A stretch of 64,000 bases of DNA from Porticoccaceae bacterium (GTDB lineage Bacteria; Pseudomonadota; Gammaproteobacteria; Pseudomonadales; Porticoccaceae): the NCBI GenBank assembly GCA_041655035.1, contig JBAZCN010000002.1:2577-66576 (forward strand). Reading direction: 5' to 3'. The position numbers and the translations under genes are program-made. A model generated the notes under the pieces. It did no database searches. It worked only from the letters and a program-made list of their open reading frames with translations, and had not been told where the DNA came from. Shown piece after piece: positions 59,352-64,000 of the stretch. The first letter of the stretch is position 1; the number at the start of each line of letters is the position of its first letter.

Positions 59352-60434
59352 TCACCTCTGGCCGGCGTCGGCGAGAGGGGGGCGGACGGGCGCGATCCGG
59401 CGGCGGTAGCCATGACAGGCCCAGCCGCCGAAAAAGCCGATGACGCTGCCGAGCAGGATGTCGAACATCCGCGCCAGGATCAGCGCTTCCACATCGTGAA
59501 TGGGGCCGGCGGCGTCGGCGAACAGCACAGTCAGCGGCGTGATGAAGACCATGGCGAGACCGTAATTGCGCACCACCAGAACCTCGATGACGAACTGTAA
59601 CGCCATGACCACCAGCGCGATCTGCAGGTGGCTGAGGGACAGGGAAAAAATCCCCCAGGCCAGCAGCATGCCCAGGCCGGTGCCGAGAATGCGGTGGATC
59701 TTGCGCTGCCATAACAGGCGCAGGCTTGCCCCCTGCATGATCGCGGCACAGGAGATCGGTACCCAGTAGGGATTGTCGAGCCCCAGCCAGCGGGCGACAG
59801 CATAGGAGCCGCCGACAAACACCCCGACGATCACAGCCTCGCCGACGATCTGGCGAACACCCTGCGCTGGCAGGGTGATCGGCACGCTGGTGGTCGGAGA
59901 CCCGCGCATCTGGCAGAGATTGTAGGCCAGCGCCAGCAGGCAGGCCGTCAGGCTCCCCAGGGCGACCAGCCCCAGGCGCAACGGGATCAGCTCCGGCGCG
60001 AACGCGGCGGTGCTGCCGAGGGCGGTGATCATGATAAAAAAGAAGGTGCCCGGCGGCGGCAGCGCCCAGAGCCGGCACAGCGCTGTCGCCAGGGCGGCGG
60101 TGATGCCGAGGGTCAGCGCCGAGATCCAGGGATTGAAGCTGGTGCCGGCTCCCAGCGCGAAGCAGAGTACAAAGCCGCATCCGCAAGCCGCCAGGGTCGA
60201 GATGCCGCGCCTCATGGTGCGGCCCTGAGGCATATAGAGAATGACCAGGGCGCCCAGGCAGGTGGTTATGCCGAAGCCGAAATGGCCGAGCCAGGCCGCG
60301 GTCAGCAGCGGCAGGCCCACCGCCAGGGCGGCGAGCAGGGGAATCTGCCACGGCCTCTGCTGAGGGTTGACCAGCAGCAAGAAGCGCAATTCGGCGCCGA
60401 TGCTGTCCCGCAGGCGCATCCGCCGCCCCTTCAT
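59352..60434 (-). CDS. FUSC/YccS-like membrane protein
   Basis: Polytopic protein with the FUSC-like pattern YWVPISCAAIMQGASL. Start uncertain (60419, 60434 or 60599). Confidence 0.6.
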   Translation of the reverse strand: MKGRRMRLRDSIGAELRFLLLVNPQQRPWQIPLLAALAVGLPLLTAAWLGHFGFGITTCLGALVILYMPQGRTMRRGISTLAACGCGFVLCFALGAGTSFNPWISALTLGITAALATALCRLWALPPPGTFFFIMITALGSTAAFAPELIPLRLGLVALGSLTACLLALAYNLCQMRGSPTTSVPITLPAQGVRQIVGEAVIVGVFVGGSYAVARWLGLDNPYWVPISCAAIMQGASLRLLWQRKIHRILGTGLGMLLAWGIFSLSLSHLQIALVVMALQFVIEVLVVRNYGLAMVFITPLTVLFADAAGPIHDVEALILARMFDILLGSVIGFFGGWACHGYRRRIAPVRPPLADAGQR

Positions 60435-60477
60435 TGTCGACAGTCCTGCATCTTGCCGATCGTACGCGCGCCCGACC

Positions 60478-61620
60478 CTATGGCTGGCTTTCCTGCCCGG
60501 CCGATATCGGCTCGCTGGCCGGCACGTCGGGGGGCGGGATCTCCACCGTCGAATGTCCCGGCGGCTGGAAATCCCGGCAGAAGATCTGCCAGAACACAAT
60601 GAACAGCGCGGCGATCAACGGGCCGATGACGAACCCGTTGATCCCGAACAGCACCAGGCCGCCGAGGGTGGACAGCAGCACCAGCCAGTCCGGCATTCGG
60701 GTGTCGCGGCCCACCAGGATGGGGCGCAGGATATTGTCGGCCAGGCCGATCACCAACACCCCGTAGAGCACCAGCACCACCGCCGATACCGCTTCGCCAG
60801 TGGCGAACAGGTAGACCGCCACCGGTGCCCAGATCAGTCCGGCACCAACCGCCGGGATCAGCGACAGCACGGCCATCAATACCCCCCACAGCAGCGCGGC
60901 GGGGATGCCGAGAATGGCGAAGATCAGCCCGCCGAGAGCGCCCTGGACGATCGCCACCACCAGGTTGCCCTTGATCGTCGCCCGGGTCACCTCCGCAAAC
61001 TTGCGGAACAGCAGACGTTCCCGTTCATCGCCGAGGGGCAGGGCGCGAACCAGCATGTCGAGCAGCAGCGGCCCGTCGCGCAGCAGGAAAAAGGCGACAT
61101 ACAGCATCAGGCAGAGATGGAGGAAGAACTGAAAGGTACTTTGTCCCAGCGACAGGGCATTCTTCGCCACGAACCGGCTGGCCACCACGGCGGCGTTGGC
61201 AGCCTGCTGCTTGACGGCGTCGGCATCGATTCCCAGCCGGTCCATCAGCGACTGCAGCTGCGGCAGGGCATCGCGTATCTTGTCGATATAGCTCGCCGGG
61301 TTGATTTCACCGGAGTCGATCTGTTGGTAGAGGTTGGCGCCGCTTTGGAAAAAGGAGGCGAGCACCGCCAGTGACGGGAGCACCACCACAAATACGCAAA
61401 TCACCAGCGTGGTGAGGGCGGTGGTGTTGGGACGTTCGCCCCAAACCCTCGTCAGCCTGTGCTGCAGCGGGTAGAACAGCAGGCCGATGGCGCAGGCCCA
61501 GAACAGCGGTGTGAAAAATGGCTTGAGGAGATAGAAGAAGAGCCCGGTAACCACCACCAGTAACAGCAGGAAGGTGCGTTGCTCCATTTTACTGGCGAAC
61601 TTGGGGTCTTGCACTGCCAT
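60478..61620 (-). CDS. AI-2E family transporter (PerM/YhhT-like)
   Basis: ATG 61620. Eight-TM pattern with GLIPAVGAGLIW-like segment SLIPAVGAGLIWAPVAVYL. Confidence 0.8.
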   Translation of the reverse strand: MAVQDPKFASKMEQRTFLLLLVVVTGLFFYLLKPFFTPLFWACAIGLLFYPLQHRLTRVWGERPNTTALTTLVICVFVVVLPSLAVLASFFQSGANLYQQIDSGEINPASYIDKIRDALPQLQSLMDRLGIDADAVKQQAANAAVVASRFVAKNALSLGQSTFQFFLHLCLMLYVAFFLLRDGPLLLDMLVRALPLGDERERLLFRKFAEVTRATIKGNLVVAIVQGALGGLIFAILGIPAALLWGVLMAVLSLIPAVGAGLIWAPVAVYLFATGEAVSAVVLVLYGVLVIGLADNILRPILVGRDTRMPDWLVLLSTLGGLVLFGINGFVIGPLIAALFIVFWQIFCRDFQPPGHSTVEIPPPDVPASEPISAGQESQP

Positions 61621-61741
61621 CGAGGTATCCCTGGGTCGGAGGATTCTGCCGACTATAAGGATTCCGCCGTCGGTCAACAATAGCAGCGGCTGCTACCGGC
61701 CTTTGGAAGCAGCCGCTGCCAGATGAAGGCGGTGTGCACAG

Positions 61742-62209
61742 TCAATGGAACTGGCGGCTCGGTGCGGTGGGTTCGCCGTCCTCCGGAAGCAGGAAATCCA
61801 GTTCCCCCAGCTCACCGGTCAGGCGGGTCATCAAGTCCTGGGCGGTGGTGACGAAGAGGATGAATTGCTCGCTGCTGATCCCTGCCCCGGTAAGCGCCGT
61901 GGCCCCGGCCACCAGCTGGGGCATGGCATCGTCGACGATATCGAGAAACAGCTTGAGGGTCGGATAGTTGGCGTTCAGGCGGCCGAGATCCGTCGCCAGG
62001 GGCAGGATGGCGGTCGGGCGAACCAGGTACTCGGTGCTGATCAGCAGGCCCCAGTCCTCCATGAACAGCCGGCTCTCGACCACGCCGGCGAGGCCCTGGA
62101 TGCTGCTCAGGTGCAGGCCGTTGCACTGGTTGCACAGGTAGTATTCGATATTGGCATCCCGCAACCACTGATGCAGGCTGTCGGCGAGAGAAGACGTCTG
62201 GTCGGTCAT
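61742..62209 (-). CDS. YbjN-like (secretion-chaperone-fold) protein
   Basis: 155-aa acidic protein with a YbjN-like pattern (LHQWLRDANIEYYLCNQCNGLHL). Low-specificity call. Confidence 0.45.
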   Translation of the reverse strand: MTDQTSSLADSLHQWLRDANIEYYLCNQCNGLHLSSIQGLAGVVESRLFMEDWGLLISTEYLVRPTAILPLATDLGRLNANYPTLKLFLDIVDDAMPQLVAGATALTGAGISSEQFILFVTTAQDLMTRLTGELGELDFLLPEDGEPTAPSRQFH

Positions 62210-62490
62210 GTGTCAGTCCACTGGCGGGCCGGTGCCGCAAATGCCGGCACCGGCGAAGAAGGGCAAGGATTGTAACTCAGGCGGCAGGGCGGCCCAAGCG
62301 GCAACAGCGGGTAGCGAGAGCCCGGCGGCGCCGCGCCGGCACACAGAAGTGCGGTACACGAGCGCCCGATGAAAGAGCCCGGTGGGTTGCAGCGGCCACG
62401 CTTGTGGCCTACTCTATGGCAACAAACGTCGCGGTGGAGTGGTCTGGATACTACGGCACTGGTAGACGCCATAACTATAAGGAGCTGCCC

Positions 62491-63054
62491 ATGTTCAGAT
62501 CATTGCTGTTGGCATTGCTGCTGCCCCTGGCGGTCCAAGTTCAGGCTGGCGGAGGCGAGCGCTGTAACGCAGGCGAGGCCCTCGACAACCTGGTGGGGCT
62601 TGTTCACCAACGCCTGAACCTGGCCGAGGACGTGGCCCACTACAAGTGGAATCGTCAGCTGGCCATTGAAGACTTGCCTCGCGAGCAGGCCATCATCACC
62701 AGCCTCGGGCGCCGCGCCGCGGAGCAGGGATTGCCGGCCGCCTGGGCCGAAGCCTTCTTCCGGGCCCAGATTGAAGCCTCGAAGGCCGAGCAGCGAATCC
62801 TCTTCGCCCAGTGGCGCGAGCAGGGCATTGTCGCCTTTCACGACGCCCCGGACCTGATCACCGTCACCCGGCCGAAACTCGACGACCTGACACCCCATTT
62901 GATCGCCACGCTGGCGGCGGTATGGCCCCATCTGACCGACCCCGCCTGCGGCACCCTGGTGCTCGAACAAGTGGCGGCGCTCGGGGTTGCACCTTCCTGG
63001 CACGCTCCCGACGCCATGAAGCTTGCCACCGCGCCACTGGGGGCACTCCCTTAA
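62491..63054 (+). CDS. Periplasmic chorismate mutase (AroQ-gamma type)
   Basis: ATG 62491 and signal peptide MFRSLLLALLLPLAVQVQA. LVHQRLNLAEDVAHYKW and FFRAQIEASKAEQ. Confidence 0.75.
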   Translation: MFRSLLLALLLPLAVQVQAGGGERCNAGEALDNLVGLVHQRLNLAEDVAHYKWNRQLAIEDLPREQAIITSLGRRAAEQGLPAAWAEAFFRAQIEASKAEQRILFAQWREQGIVAFHDAPDLITVTRPKLDDLTPHLIATLAAVWPHLTDPACGTLVLEQVAALGVAPSWHAPDAMKLATAPLGALP

Positions 63055-63095
63055 GAGCCTGTTCAAGGTTTTTCTGACAGGCGATACCCCACTGC

Positions 63096-63359
63096 ATAGG
63101 GTGTGCTGAGGCACGAGCGCACCGTGGTTGCTGCCAGCCTCTGGTGCGTTTCCTCCGTCAACGCACCCTATGGAGTTTCACCCGATGCTTCTTGAAAGAT
63201 CTTGAACAGGGATAGGGTGTGCTGAAGCACGAAGCGCACCGTGGTTGCTGCCAGCCTCTGGTGCGTTTCCTTCGTCAACGCACCCCTATGGAGTTTCATC
63301 CAATGCTTCTTGAAAGACTTTGAACAGGGATAGGGTGTGCTGAGGCACGAAGCGCACCG
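63096..63359. repeat. Tandem array of a ~117-bp composite REP/BIME-like unit (2 full copies plus 1 REP)
   Basis: The unit is ATAGGGTGTGCTGAGGCACGA(A)GCGCACC, GTGGTTGCTGCCAGCCTCT, GGTGCGTTTCCTyCGTCAACGCACCCCTATGG, then AGTTTCAyCCrATGCTTCTTGAAAGAyyTTGAACAGGG. Units start at 63096 and 63212. A third REP lies at 63330-63358. Confidence 0.85.
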
Positions 63360-63667
63360 CACCGCAGGAACCGCAGTTCAAAAAAATTATTCTATATATC
63401 AATAATCTATAACTGGCGCCACCAACCTCTAGCAGGCTGTCAGCTGCTAGGGTCCACTTGCTTGGGCCCCTTTCGCCTTTCAGTTGGCGGGCATTCCACT
63501 TGGTTGTTGCGCTGACGGATTCTGTGCCATCATGGCGCCCTCAGGCGGCGTTTCGCATCATCCGCTGCCTTGCAGGCAACCGGCAGCCGGTGTTGGTACA
63601 CCGGGCCGACCTTTCAAGCGCTTTGGATATCCCGCGATAGTCGATGGCCACGCCGAACCCGACAGCC

Positions 63668-64000
63668 TCACACCCGCGATTTCACCTTCTGGTGCTGCTG
63701 GCTTTTGTGTTCCAGGTGCTGATGCCGGTAGCTTTGCCGGGTATGGCTTCCGACGCGGATCAACCCCATCATCGTGCCAGCGTTTTGCTTCTTCATCATG
63801 ATGAAGGCGGTGCCATGCTCGACATCGCTGGTCATGACCTCCACCCGCTGCCGGCCAATGCTGCCGATTGCGATCAGGCCGAATGTCACCAGGTCGGTTG
63901 CGACGAGGAATGCCAGCACTGCACCGGCTCCGCCCTGGCCGCCTCTGCGCTCGGGCCGCCGATTATTGCCCCCACTGCCGGGGTTGCGCCGCTGAGCGCC
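63668..64000 (-). CDS. Hypothetical membrane protein with His-rich C-tail (5' end outside window)
   Basis: The minus-strand frame is open from base 64000 and shows high third-position GC. TM-like AVLAFLVATDLVTFGLIAIGSIG. C-terminus HTRQSYRHQHLEHKSQQHQK. No family recognised. Confidence 0.4.
   Translation of the reverse strand, partial: GAQRRNPGSGGNNRRPERRGGQGGAGAVLAFLVATDLVTFGLIAIGSIGRQRVEVMTSDVEHGTAFIMMKKQNAGTMMGLIRVGSHTRQSYRHQHLEHKSQQHQKVKSRV

Noticed and set aside
63096-63359. Possible CRISPR array, because repeated ~29-nt cores recur at regular spacing.
   Set aside because: The intervening sequences are themselves repeated between units. The cores occur in inverted pairs, and the same unit is dispersed at 3814-3960 and 56115-56289. 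No cas genes are present. This fits REP/BIME-type elements.
63484-63801. 105-aa plus-strand ORF at the right edge.
   Set aside because: Its composition is Gly/Ala/Pro/Cys-rich and motif-free. It overlaps the better-supported minus-strand frame, which has proper GC3 bias.

Overview
High-GC gammaproteobacterial chromosome segment. Sampled 60-nt lines run about 60-67% GC, with a lower-GC patch near 44-49 kb. The left third has Pseudomonas-like core synteny: cox-assembly genes (SURF1, COX15, ctaB, SCO), znuCB/znuA, thrB, polA, engB, cytochrome c4, dsbA and tRNA-Thr(CGU). The rest is metabolic, signalling and transport genes: xfp-ackA, serC-serA, pdxH, fabY-like KAS, speA plus carboxynorspermidine dehydrogenase, two TonB-dependent receptors, an amidase/TetR/ABC cluster, an HDOD-REC-GGDEF protein, a multi-sensor HD-GYP protein and a hybrid histidine kinase with an SBP-like partner. 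I saw no integrase, transposase, phage gene, rRNA or CRISPR array. The most unusual locus is 13408-19236 on the minus strand. It is a tightly coupled three-gene operon with JetABC/MksFEB (Wadjet/Mks condensin-like) architecture: a ~478-aa kleisin-like protein, a ~232-aa KITE-like protein and a 1213-aa SMC-like ATPase. It has no JetD/MksG Toprim nuclease gene. It abuts tRNA-Thr on one side and a co-oriented c-di-GMP synthase gene on the other, and carries a 15-nt tandem repeat at the first gene junction. Second in interest is the polA-engB spacer, the locus that holds Spot 42 in E. coli and ErsA in Pseudomonas. Here it holds two tandem candidate sRNAs, each with a sigmaE/AlgU-type promoter, a CU-rich exposed loop and an intrinsic terminator. 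A REP/BIME-like palindromic repeat family occurs at three loci. All function calls rest on motif recognition by eye; no database search was possible.
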